Positions 1-7,857 of a stretch of 25,048 bases of DNA are shown here, piece by piece. The stretch comes from a virus. Its lineage: Duplodnaviria; Caudoviricetes. Position 1 is the first letter of the stretch. The number at the start of each line of letters is the position of its first letter. The notes beneath the pieces are model-generated. The model had not been told where the DNA came from and did not search any database. It worked only from the letters and a program-made list of their open reading frames with translations. The DNA is taken from the IMG/VR virus record IMGVR_UViG_3300030433_000858, positions 1-25,048 of that record; one strand, written 5' to 3'. Both the position numbers and the translations under genes were made by a program.

Positions 1-222
1 ATCATTTGCAAATGAACCGCTGATGTCTGAAGCAATTTGAGCAGAAGAACTTAATGCACCATTGAAAATACCTGTAAAACTTTGTGCAGCTATACTATCG
101 CCAGATGTCATTGAACCAGTAACTCTTACTGGTCCTATTAACTCTGTAGAACCACTTACTCCAAACGAACCTGTAAAAGGTTTATCAAATAGGTTTACCT
201 GTTTTGACTTAATTCTTGCCAT
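1..222 (-). CDS. Ser/Gly-rich virion structural (tail fibre-like) protein, 5' part only; runs off the window start
   Basis: Not in the ORF track. ATG at 222-220 reads MARIKSKQVNLFDKPFTGSFGVSGSTELIGPVRVTGSMTSGDSIAAQSFTGIFNGALSSSAQIASDISGSFAND with no stop to base 1. Same TGS/SGS-rich style as neighbouring structural genes. Overlaps the end of the upstream ORF. Confidence 0.75.
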   Translation of the reverse strand, partial: MARIKSKQVNLFDKPFTGSFGVSGSTELIGPVRVTGSMTSGDSIAAQSFTGIFNGALSSSAQIASDISGSFAND

Positions 223-470
223 TTATCTCTCTTTGTATCCCACCACTTTTGTACACCATAGGATATTTTTTTCTTATGTTCAATAGTCTTTGGCTTTTTC
301 ATTTTTTCGATTGTCTCTAAGGTAATCTTTCTGTCTTGGTGAGCGCATGATTTACATACACTATTATTACCAACTGCTCTGTCAAAACTATCTTTTCTTG
401 TGTAAGTCAACATCTTACTGCAAGAAGGACATTTACGATTTTTACGATCTGGCCAACTGCGTTTTCTCAT
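195..470 (-). CDS. small basic Zn-finger protein with NUMOD3-like DNA-binding motif
   Basis: CPSC and CKSC pairs, followed by TLETIEKMKKPKTIEHKKKIS, which resembles the NUMOD3 pattern. Preceded by the TATATTTAT intergenic motif. Confidence 0.6.
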   Translation of the reverse strand: MRKRSWPDRKNRKCPSCSKMLTYTRKDSFDRAVGNNSVCKSCAHQDRKITLETIEKMKKPKTIEHKKKISYGVQKWWDTKRDKWQELSQNR

Positions 471-474
471 AGTA

Positions 475-483
475 ATAAATATA
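475..483 (-). promoter_or_regulatory. conserved intergenic motif TATATTTAT, putative late promoter
   Basis: Exact 9-mer shared by all six long intergenic gaps; ends 4 nt before the ATG at 470. Confidence 0.55.
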
Positions 484-519
484 AAGAAATGGTAAAACCA
501 ATGTGGAATCCATATATAA

Positions 520-1377
520 TTATGAATTAAATTTTCCCATAGCGACTATTTCATCATCGAAATCAAAACCATAACCTTGAGCGTTCAATGAACTATCAAC
601 AGAAAGCACCATAATTGAACCGCTTTGTGTTATCGTTAACGCATCGGGTTCCATATTCAAACCATTTTGAAAAACAAAAAAGTCTTTTATAGATGGTGGA
701 TCAAAACCAAAAGGAGCAGAAGCTGTAAATGCATTGAAATGTGTTTCTGTTTGACTATTTACAACTCCTTTGTGAACAAAGTTTTTTCTAACATAAGGTG
801 GTGTTTCATCCATACCATCATAAAACTTTTTTGCAGCAAATTCTGTTACTACTGCAGTTTGGCTATTACCAGTTAATCCTGCATCATTGCTTATTTCTGT
901 AAAAGAAGATGTTGTTTTATTAAGAAAGTGAACTGAGTTTGGCTTTACAGAACCTGTAAAATTTTGTATATCTAAAGAGTCATTTCCAAACTTAGTGCTA
1001 CCACTTTCTTCTATTCTAGAACTTGATTGTTCACCAAAAGAAAAGTTTTCTGCAATTAAGCCTTGCCTTACAAATATATTCTGAGCTGAAAAGTCTTGAC
1101 TAACTTCTAAACTACCTGTAACAGCACCAGAGCCTGATATTAAATGATCACCAATGACGATACCGCCTGGTCCTCCAATTGACATACTCGGAAATCCACT
1201 AACAGAATTAAATGTAGTATCAGCATCAGTAGATACATTCTGACCAATACTTAAAACCAAATTGGTATTATCGCTACCATCCATTTGAATGGTATCTAAT
1301 TGTTCTTCATTTAAGCTGGCTGTTATACCAGCTCCAATTTCTAATGTCAATGGATTATTAAATTTAACTGTAGACAT
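520..1377 (-). CDS. putative virion structural protein; paralogue of the C-terminal half of 1383..3062
   Basis: Collinear shared blocks with the upstream ORF: SIGQ.VS, SGST.FG, FTGSV, TE.SND, VTEFA, Y.RKNF, TASAP, DDEI...GKF.S. Confidence 0.75.
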   Translation of the reverse strand: MSTVKFNNPLTLEIGAGITASLNEEQLDTIQMDGSDNTNLVLSIGQNVSTDADTTFNSVSGFPSMSIGGPGGIVIGDHLISGSGAVTGSLEVSQDFSAQNIFVRQGLIAENFSFGEQSSSRIEESGSTKFGNDSLDIQNFTGSVKPNSVHFLNKTTSSFTEISNDAGLTGNSQTAVVTEFAAKKFYDGMDETPPYVRKNFVHKGVVNSQTETHFNAFTASAPFGFDPPSIKDFFVFQNGLNMEPDALTITQSGSIMVLSVDSSLNAQGYGFDFDDEIVAMGKFNS

Positions 1378-1382
1378 TTCGA

Positions 1383-3062
1383 TTAACTATCAAATTTACC
1401 GAAACCAAATATTTCATCATCGTTTTCTAATTCATATCCAATAGATCCGGTATCTACTAACAAATGAATGGTATTGGAATTCATCTGTTTAAGTTCTATA
1501 GCATCGTGTTCCATATACTGACCATTTATAAAGAATATAAAGTCCTGTTCAGTAGTAGCAGTACTACCTGATGGAGCAGAAGCGGTAACAGCGGTAAAAC
1601 TAGCTGTTGATGTTCCTGTTATTGAAGATGCTACTTTAAAAAAGTTTTTTCTTAGATAAGTAAGTAATGCAACGTTAGCGGTAAATGCTGAGCCTGTAAA
1701 GTTAGCCAAAGCAAATTCAGTTACTAAAGCATTTGGACTTTCATCTGTTAAACTCATATCATTAGAAACTTCGGTTACTGAATGTCCACCCATTTCCAAA
1801 GATCCTGTTATTTTTACGCTACCTGTAAATTGATGAATGTCATCTAAAGTATCACCAAATCTGGTAGAACCACTGGCAAAAATTATAGATGATGTTACAA
1901 ATTCAGTATGGAATTGTCTAGCAGTTAATGTTCCGTGAACAACCGCATTTCCTAAAACTGTCATATCTTCTGTAATATCCCAAGATCCTGTAACTCCTAA
2001 ACTACCGCTTACGCCATTGTGAAACCAAGTCGTAGGATTACCAAAAACCAATTGATTTGATGCCATAGAATTAAATTGAACATTTGCAGTAGGGCTTACA
2101 TCTTGACCTATCGATATTGTTTTTGTAACAGGAGCCGAGCCATCAAAGAAATCGCCAGCACCTTCTCCACTCATTGTCACACCCCTTCCTCCAAATATAC
2201 CGATTGGATTTGTTACTGATATAGATGTTACAGGATTTATAGTTGGTGTTAACTTCAATCCTTCTTTCTTTTCTAATTCATCGGGAGAATATGTAGTATC
2301 AATATTAAAAACAACTCTTTTCGGAGTAAATTCTTTTTCAGTTACTACTTTCTCACCGAACTCTTCAGGTAAAAGATAACCATTTAGAGTTACGCTAAAA
2401 GTTGTTTTTATAATTCTTTCTTGATTTACATTTATTTCGCTAGCATCAGTATAGTTATCTATTTGTGTTCTAAATTTATACTTACCATCCTGCCCCCAAT
2501 AAGAACCTTCAGAGTAAATTATTTGTTCTACTATTTTGTTCATCTGTTCTACATAAGATGTCCAAACTATAAAGTCATAACTTAGTCTTACATAATCGGG
2601 CACAGCAACTTTATAAAGTTCTCTCGACTGATTTAAGCCTTGTTGCACAGAAAACTTATCATATCTATTTTGAGTCGTATACTTTTTTTGAAAACTATAA
2701 AATAGTTTTGGATCTTTTGGGTTCATTTTATCAGCTGATAAATCTGAATCTTTTTCTATAGAAGTTCTTTTAAATACGATGAGCGGTATTATCAACTGCT
2801 GTTTATTATCATACAGAAACCCTCTCTTTTGAGCCTGAGCCCACCGTTCAGGACTTCCATATAAAGTAGGAACTTTTACAATTGTTCCATTTTCTTTTAC
2901 CTTTGGTTTTATAATATTATCAAAATAGAATTGAATTGCAGAATCTATATCCATCAATCCTATTGATATATTCTTTGTCGTATCTGTATTTCTAGATCTT
3001 TCTAATCCACGATTTATTACAGGTGTTCTCCTTGACCTAGGCAATGGTTTTGAACGAGCCAT
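1383..3062 (-). CDS. T4 gp15-like tail terminator/sheath stabiliser with a ~280-aa C-terminal extension
   Basis: N-terminal VKVPTLYGSPERW, PLIVFKRTSI and VPDYVRLSYDFIVWT...QMNKIVEQI resemble gp15-family motifs. Lies after the two neck-like genes. AGGAG RBS and TAATG coupling. Confidence 0.65.
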   Translation of the reverse strand: MARSKPLPRSRRTPVINRGLERSRNTDTTKNISIGLMDIDSAIQFYFDNIIKPKVKENGTIVKVPTLYGSPERWAQAQKRGFLYDNKQQLIIPLIVFKRTSIEKDSDLSADKMNPKDPKLFYSFQKKYTTQNRYDKFSVQQGLNQSRELYKVAVPDYVRLSYDFIVWTSYVEQMNKIVEQIIYSEGSYWGQDGKYKFRTQIDNYTDASEINVNQERIIKTTFSVTLNGYLLPEEFGEKVVTEKEFTPKRVVFNIDTTYSPDELEKKEGLKLTPTINPVTSISVTNPIGIFGGRGVTMSGEGAGDFFDGSAPVTKTISIGQDVSPTANVQFNSMASNQLVFGNPTTWFHNGVSGSLGVTGSWDITEDMTVLGNAVVHGTLTARQFHTEFVTSSIIFASGSTRFGDTLDDIHQFTGSVKITGSLEMGGHSVTEVSNDMSLTDESPNALVTEFALANFTGSAFTANVALLTYLRKNFFKVASSITGTSTASFTAVTASAPSGSTATTEQDFIFFINGQYMEHDAIELKQMNSNTIHLLVDTGSIGYELENDDEIFGFGKFDS

Positions 3063-3550
3063 TAAATACTCCTAACTTCTTCTATTTGTATTGAACTTTT
3101 CCTTACTAAAAATGTATTAGCTACAACCGAATAATTTTGATCAAACATGCCGCCAACTAACTGATTCTCATTTACAGAACCAACTTCAAAGTAAGCGTAG
3201 TTCCAATTAATTAAATCTCCTATCTCTAATACCATTTCAGAATCGATAAATGATTGTCTTAAAAATGAAAATGTTGCCGTTTGATTATTGTTAACTCCAA
3301 ATTCATCTTCATTGAAATCAAAATCTTCAGCTGCTATTAAACAAGCCATCTCAACTCCATTGAGATAAGACTTTCTACCACCTTCGCTTTCACCATATAA
3401 ATTTAGTCTTGACTCTTGCAAAAAAGGTTTGTATATTACTACTGTCTGATTGATGATTCCATCTTTATTATTCTTCTTATCACCCACTAATTCCTTAGTG
3501 ACTCTAGTGATCAAATCTATATCTTTTTGTGGTAAAAAACGACCGGCCAT
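3062..3550 (-). CDS. putative neck/head-closure protein (T4 gp14-like)
   Basis: NLYGE and LEIGDLINW...YFEV motifs; position between gp13-like and gp15-like genes. Confidence 0.55.
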   Translation of the reverse strand: MAGRFLPQKDIDLITRVTKELVGDKKNNKDGIINQTVVIYKPFLQESRLNLYGESEGGRKSYLNGVEMACLIAAEDFDFNEDEFGVNNNQTATFSFLRQSFIDSEMVLEIGDLINWNYAYFEVGSVNENQLVGGMFDQNYSVVANTFLVRKSSIQIEEVRSI

Positions 3551-3554
3551 TTTC

Positions 3555-4703
3555 TTATCCTATGTAAATTGGATATGGAACTTTCTGTAGCTTTTCTTGT
3601 AAATATTCAGCCTCATCTTTGTCAGCTTCTAACAGAGCTTTTCTACTCGTCTGTTCTAACATCTCTCTAAGCTGAGTCATAAGAAACTCTTTTTCTGCGA
3701 CAGCTTCATTTCTCAATGTATCTCCATCCAATGTTGTTTCTGCATTTGGTATTGGAAGTGAAGCATATTTACTTCTTATACTTCCTAATAATTCTTTACA
3801 GAGAGCTAAAGCATACTTCTTTATCCATTGTTTTCCAACATCATTTATGAACTTAAATTGCATATTATCATAAGGAGCATTTGAGAAATCAGATACCACA
3901 CCTGTAGAAGTTCCTTGTGCAGTATTGTTTCTATCATCCTTTACTAAGTACTTAAAGTGTAACTTATAGTTGCTTGTAGGATTAGGAAATATAGTTAATT
4001 TATTATTAACCAACTCAAATGAGTATGCAGATTTTCTAATCTGGTCGTTAAATTCTATTGCCTGCACCTTCAGTATATCAGCATAGATTGGCATCATCAT
4101 AAACTGAACTGCAGGTGAGTAGTTACCCCAACCAAAGCTATCCAACATATTATAAGAACCATCTCCTGTACCAGCATAGGGATCAAAGTATCGAGTAATT
4201 GCTGGTGTCCCTTCGTAAAATACTTTTCTAACTTCTATTGCTTTTCCGCTCTCAGATACATTAGCCCACAAAGCAGTTAAATCATATGTTTGTGAACCAC
4301 TAACTATATCTATAGAGCCGCTCTTAAAATCTATTGTTCCACCCACTCCTGCTTCTGTTCCATATTGTTCAGCTAATTGAACTGTTCTACCAAATGTAGG
4401 TGTAACTTTTGTATGTGTTATATTTGAACCTGTTGATTGTCCCTGCAGTGCCAACATATTATCTTTTATGTTAAATTGATTTATCTGTGCTGAATATTCT
4501 GTAATAGCTTCTTCATAACAAGCATAGAATTGTTGTTCTTGCATCTCTACAGCAACTATCGGATATCCTAATCTTTTAGCAGCCCAATCTGCAAACTTAT
4601 CTACTGAATGAGCACCAGTTGTAAAGTGTGCATCAGTATCGTAAAATCCATATGGAGTTTCACCGGCTGAAAATGAACTACTACCTGGCCAAATTGCTTC
4701 CAT
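3555..4703 (-). CDS. putative neck/head-tail adaptor protein (T4 gp13-like)
   Basis: KRLGYPIVAVEM near the N-terminus; WIKKYALALCKELLGSIRSKY...LDGDTLRNEA near the C-terminus. Directly follows the MCP; AGGAG RBS. Confidence 0.75.
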   Translation of the reverse strand: MEAIWPGSSSFSAGETPYGFYDTDAHFTTGAHSVDKFADWAAKRLGYPIVAVEMQEQQFYACYEEAITEYSAQINQFNIKDNMLALQGQSTGSNITHTKVTPTFGRTVQLAEQYGTEAGVGGTIDFKSGSIDIVSGSQTYDLTALWANVSESGKAIEVRKVFYEGTPAITRYFDPYAGTGDGSYNMLDSFGWGNYSPAVQFMMMPIYADILKVQAIEFNDQIRKSAYSFELVNNKLTIFPNPTSNYKLHFKYLVKDDRNNTAQGTSTGVVSDFSNAPYDNMQFKFINDVGKQWIKKYALALCKELLGSIRSKYASLPIPNAETTLDGDTLRNEAVAEKEFLMTQLREMLEQTSRKALLEADKDEAEYLQEKLQKVPYPIYIG

Positions 4704-4737
4704 TATATTCTCCTAAAAAAGATGTATTAACTCAATA

Positions 4738-4746
4738 ATAAATATA
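4738..4746 (-). promoter_or_regulatory. TATATTTAT motif, putative late promoter for the neck genes
   Basis: Exact motif immediately downstream of the MCP terminator and upstream of the AGGAG RBS at 4710-4714. Confidence 0.6.
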
Positions 4747-4750
4747 TAAG

Positions 4751-4786
4751 AAACAAAAAAAGGGGAAGTAAACACTTCCCCTTTTT
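4751..4786 (-). terminator. intrinsic terminator after the major capsid gene (possibly bidirectional)
   Basis: Minus strand reads AAAAAGGGGAAGT-GTTT-ACTTCCCCTTTTTTTGTTT: a perfect stem, 4-nt loop and U-tract, starting about 26 nt after the MCP stop. Confidence 0.9.
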
Positions 4787-4812
4787 AAGTAATAAGATTA
4801 ATTGATATTCAA

Positions 4813-6429
4813 TTAAACTTGATCGATGTCTGCAACAATGACTTTTCCATAGAATTCTGGACGAACCATCTTCTTAGCATAACGAGTCATCACACCTTTA
4901 CGTGGAGTAAAGTTCTGAGGATCGTATACTAATGGAGTCATAATCATCGGTACATATGGAGCATATACAGCACCAGTTTCTAAGAAATTACTTCCTCTGA
5001 AACCAACAAGTATATCGTTGTTTAGCATATAAGGGTTCTTATAAACAGTATATCTGTTATTGATTGAACCAACAGCTTCAACACCCATAGCATAGGTTTT
5101 GCCAGAAGCATCACCTGTATTAGCAACATATCCACTTACAGATTCTAAGATTGTAGCAGTTTCAGGTGAAACAACAACAAAATTAGCACCACCACGTAGT
5201 GTTTTCTGATGGATAGCATTAGATACAGATTGTATCTTAATACCTAATGTTTGATACCAAGAAGACTTAGTGTAAGCATTAGATGCACCACTTATTTCAG
5301 ACCAAGCTGGAGCGCCTGTTCCACTTCCATCATACTCAAATCCAACTTTAGCTGACCAGTAAGCAGTCTTAGCTGAAGCATTTAGTTTCAACATATCAAG
5401 GATTTCTAAATCGATTTCCATTGCGATGTATTCACTTAACATTGCTGTTAACTCAGCTTCTGCATCTACAGAGTGATAAGCGTTAAGGTCTTGAGCAAGC
5501 TCAGGAGTCCATACAGCTTTCAACTTACGAGTCTTAGCAACGATAGCTTCACTCTTCAACTGAATGTCGATTTCAGGAATCTGAAGATCATCATTTGAAG
5601 AAGGACCAGGTGACGCGAATGAGCTTTGCTCAAAGTCACCACGATTTTCAGCTACAGGAGCTTCGTGATACTTAACAGATGCTGTTGCATGAGCAGCAGA
5701 AGATGTAGCAGCAAAAAATACTATATTACTTCCATCTACTTTACTGTAATGAGGATAGTTTTCAGAAATACCACCACTTACCAACTCAAAAGCTTTCACA
5801 CCTTCTAAATCAGGTCTTGTTAAGTAAGACTGTGCAACTGTGAACTTTTTAATCTTACCAGCAGATAGTGAAGCACTCAAAGCTGGTTCAAATTCTAAGT
5901 CTTTCCAAACTGCAGCACTTACTGTTAATCCAGCACTACCTGATAAAGAAACAGTATCTTTATCGTTTATTGAATATCCAGATTTACCGGCTCCGTACAA
6001 ACCACCGCTTGCATCACCACTTCCAGAAGTATTTCCGAAAATATCAGAATTCTGTTCATGATTAGCTTGATTTGCTGAACCGTATTTAAAATCTAGAAAG
6101 AAAATAAGACCAGAAGGTAGGTTCATCGGCTGTACACTAACAAACTCTTGTGCTGATAATTCACCAAAGATTCTACGAACCAATGGTAAAGCAACACCAG
6201 ACCATTCTTCTTTAGATCCGCCAGTTCCTGTTGAAGAAGCTTCCTTAATCAACTGTGTAGCCTGGTTTTCTAAAAGAACAGCCATTCCTGTTTTCTTAGT
6301 GGAATCATCGATGCCATCTAACAATCCGGTTGGCTCCCATTTGTCAACTAGTTTCCTAGTTTGCTTAAGGAGCTCCTGATGAGGGTTATGACCCGTCATC
6401 ACTTGATCGAGATTATCGAAATTTGACAT
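4813..6429 (-). CDS. gp23: major capsid protein (T4 gp23 family)
   Basis: VLLENQ, LPLVRR, VSVQPMNLPSGLIF, AKTRKLKAVWTPELAQDLNAYHSVDAEAEL, YAPYVPM and FTPRKGVMTRYA motifs. GGGAG RBS. Confidence 0.97.
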   Translation of the reverse strand: MSNFDNLDQVMTGHNPHQELLKQTRKLVDKWEPTGLLDGIDDSTKKTGMAVLLENQATQLIKEASSTGTGGSKEEWSGVALPLVRRIFGELSAQEFVSVQPMNLPSGLIFFLDFKYGSANQANHEQNSDIFGNTSGSGDASGGLYGAGKSGYSINDKDTVSLSGSAGLTVSAAVWKDLEFEPALSASLSAGKIKKFTVAQSYLTRPDLEGVKAFELVSGGISENYPHYSKVDGSNIVFFAATSSAAHATASVKYHEAPVAENRGDFEQSSFASPGPSSNDDLQIPEIDIQLKSEAIVAKTRKLKAVWTPELAQDLNAYHSVDAEAELTAMLSEYIAMEIDLEILDMLKLNASAKTAYWSAKVGFEYDGSGTGAPAWSEISGASNAYTKSSWYQTLGIKIQSVSNAIHQKTLRGGANFVVVSPETATILESVSGYVANTGDASGKTYAMGVEAVGSINNRYTVYKNPYMLNNDILVGFRGSNFLETGAVYAPYVPMIMTPLVYDPQNFTPRKGVMTRYAKKMVRPEFYGKVIVADIDQV

Positions 6430-6443
6430 TATTTGTCTCCCAA

Positions 6444-7499
6444 TTAAATTAGGTTAGCTAACTTCTTAAACCTATCTCTCAACTCTGTGCTTTCGGTTAT
6501 TACCTCTTTGCTTTCAGATTTGGTAGACGCAACTGGTTTGGAAGCAGCTCCCTTAGATTCATTAATATTGTTTCTAGCAGCACCAAAAGATTCGCCAAGT
6601 GTAGAGTAAACTAACTTAACTTCTCTTAGGTTTCCTGCTCTATCGAATTGCTCAACGACTTTCATCTTCTGTTCATTGTTCAAACCATACTTACGGAATA
6701 GTTTGTTTGTGAATAAAAGTTTAGCATTTAGCAAGTTAACTTCATTTAGCTTTCCACGAAGTGTTTCGATAACGGAACGATGTTCTTCGAGATCGGACTT
6801 AAGTTGTGAAACTTCATCCATCTTCTCTTCTTCATCTTCTTCTTCAGAAAGAGCTTTCAATACTTCGTCAAGATCGATATCTTCATCCATATCTTCTTCT
6901 TTCTCTTCCTTTAGTTTTCCCTTACCTGGATCTTCTTCGTCGCTAGAACTAGCCATAGAGACTTTGTTATCACCAGCACCGATTCCTGAAGATTTAGACT
7001 GTTCTTCCATATCTTCTTTATCTTCGCCTTCCTCAAGTTCCTCTTCGAGTTCTTTGATTACAGCTTCAAGATCGAGATCTGCATCTTCATCCATATCTTC
7101 TTTTTCTTCTTCCTCAAGATTCTCATCCATATCTTCATCTTCTTCTTCGGCAACTACTGGAGCATACTTAACACCATCGATTTCAATTATGCCTTCATCC
7201 ATATCCTCTTCCTCTTCTTCATCCATTTCCTTAGAATGTTCATCAGAAGGATCTTCATCACCAGCTTTCATCATAGATCTTTCTTCCATATCATCCTCAT
7301 CGGCACGTTCTTCCATTTCGTCATCTTCACGCTCTTCCATTTTATCATCTTCATCTTCCATTTCCATTTGGATTTTTTGAGATAGCATGTTTTGAAGTTT
7401 AGGTGTGAAAGCCTCTTGTAGAGCTAACTTTGCATTTTCTAAAGCTGTTTCACGAACTGCTTTAGCGTCGGCAATCGCTTCTTTTAAGAGATCATCCAT
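6444..7499 (-). CDS. prohead scaffolding/core protein (gp22-like)
   Basis: Immediately upstream of the MCP. Helical N-terminus, very acidic low-complexity middle, coiled-coil C-terminus, many x-x-E sites. AGGAG RBS. Confidence 0.8.
   Translation of the reverse strand: MDDLLKEAIADAKAVRETALENAKLALQEAFTPKLQNMLSQKIQMEMEDEDDKMEEREDDEMEERADEDDMEERSMMKAGDEDPSDEHSKEMDEEEEEDMDEGIIEIDGVKYAPVVAEEEDEDMDENLEEEEKEDMDEDADLDLEAVIKELEEELEEGEDKEDMEEQSKSSGIGAGDNKVSMASSSDEEDPGKGKLKEEKEEDMDEDIDLDEVLKALSEEEDEEEKMDEVSQLKSDLEEHRSVIETLRGKLNEVNLLNAKLLFTNKLFRKYGLNNEQKMKVVEQFDRAGNLREVKLVYSTLGESFGAARNNINESKGAASKPVASTKSESKEVITESTELRDRFKKLANLI
6880..7365 (-). repeat. degenerate acidic coding repeats (EDMDE / MEER) in the scaffold gene
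   Basis: Recurring plus-strand TCATCCATATC / TTCCAT units encoding EEDMDE, DEDMDE, KEDMDE and MEER. Confidence 0.6.
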
Positions 7500-7524
7500 T
7501 ATTATTCTCCTATTTAGGATTTAG

Positions 7525-7591
7525 TATAGTTATTGGGAACTATAATAGAAATATTACATTCGATTACACCGTATGTGATAGGAACGGTGTA
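7525..7591 (-). promoter_or_regulatory. two stem-loops in the 5' leader of the scaffold-MCP unit
   Basis: Minus strand: TACACCGT-TCCTATCACAT-ACGGTGTA (7591-7565) and TATAGTT-CCCAAT-AACTATA (7544-7525), located between the TATATTTAT motif and the AGGAG RBS. Confidence 0.5.
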
Positions 7592-7607
7592 TTTATTTTA
7601 GATATAT

Positions 7608-7616
7608 ATAAATATA
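7608..7616 (-). promoter_or_regulatory. TATATTTAT motif, putative late promoter for scaffold and MCP
   Basis: Exact motif 5 nt after the bS21 stop codon. Confidence 0.6.
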
Positions 7617-7621
7617 AAGAA

Positions 7622-7849
7622 TTAAAACTTTTTACCCTTTTTGCGTGAATCTTCTTCTAAAAGCTTAACTTTTTTCCAATAATTACGGGCTTTTGCTTTG
7701 TTTTTCATTTCTTTTCTTATCATTGAGGGTTTTTTGTAGTGTTCCCTTTCACGAAGTTCATACATTAGATTTGAATCTTTAATCTTTCTTTTGAATATAC
7801 TGATAGCTTTTTCGTAATTATTGTTTTTTACGACAACCTTTATTCCCAT
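7622..7849 (-). CDS. rpsU: phage-encoded 30S ribosomal protein bS21
   Basis: IKVVVKNNNYEKAISIFKRKIKDSNLMYELREREHYKKPSMIRK matches the bS21 pattern (V.V...E.A...FKR......E.R.RE.Y.KPS..R). 75 aa, basic; GAGGT RBS. Confidence 0.92.
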   Translation of the reverse strand: MGIKVVVKNNNYEKAISIFKRKIKDSNLMYELREREHYKKPSMIRKEMKNKAKARNYWKKVKLLEEDSRKKGKKF

Positions 7850-7857
7850 ATTTACCT

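Noticed and set aside
6880-7365. CRISPR-like or non-coding repeat array
   Set aside because: The repeats are short, degenerate, irregularly spaced and in frame within the scaffold coding sequence.
6676-7380. 234-aa Ser-rich plus-strand ORF
   Set aside because: Antisense shadow of the GAA/GAT-rich scaffold gene (TCT/TCA/TCC codons); no RBS or independent features.
7500-7621. tRNA or known ncRNA in the longest intergenic gap
   Set aside because: No cloverleaf or T-loop signature is visible; only two simple hairpins, reported as a putative leader.
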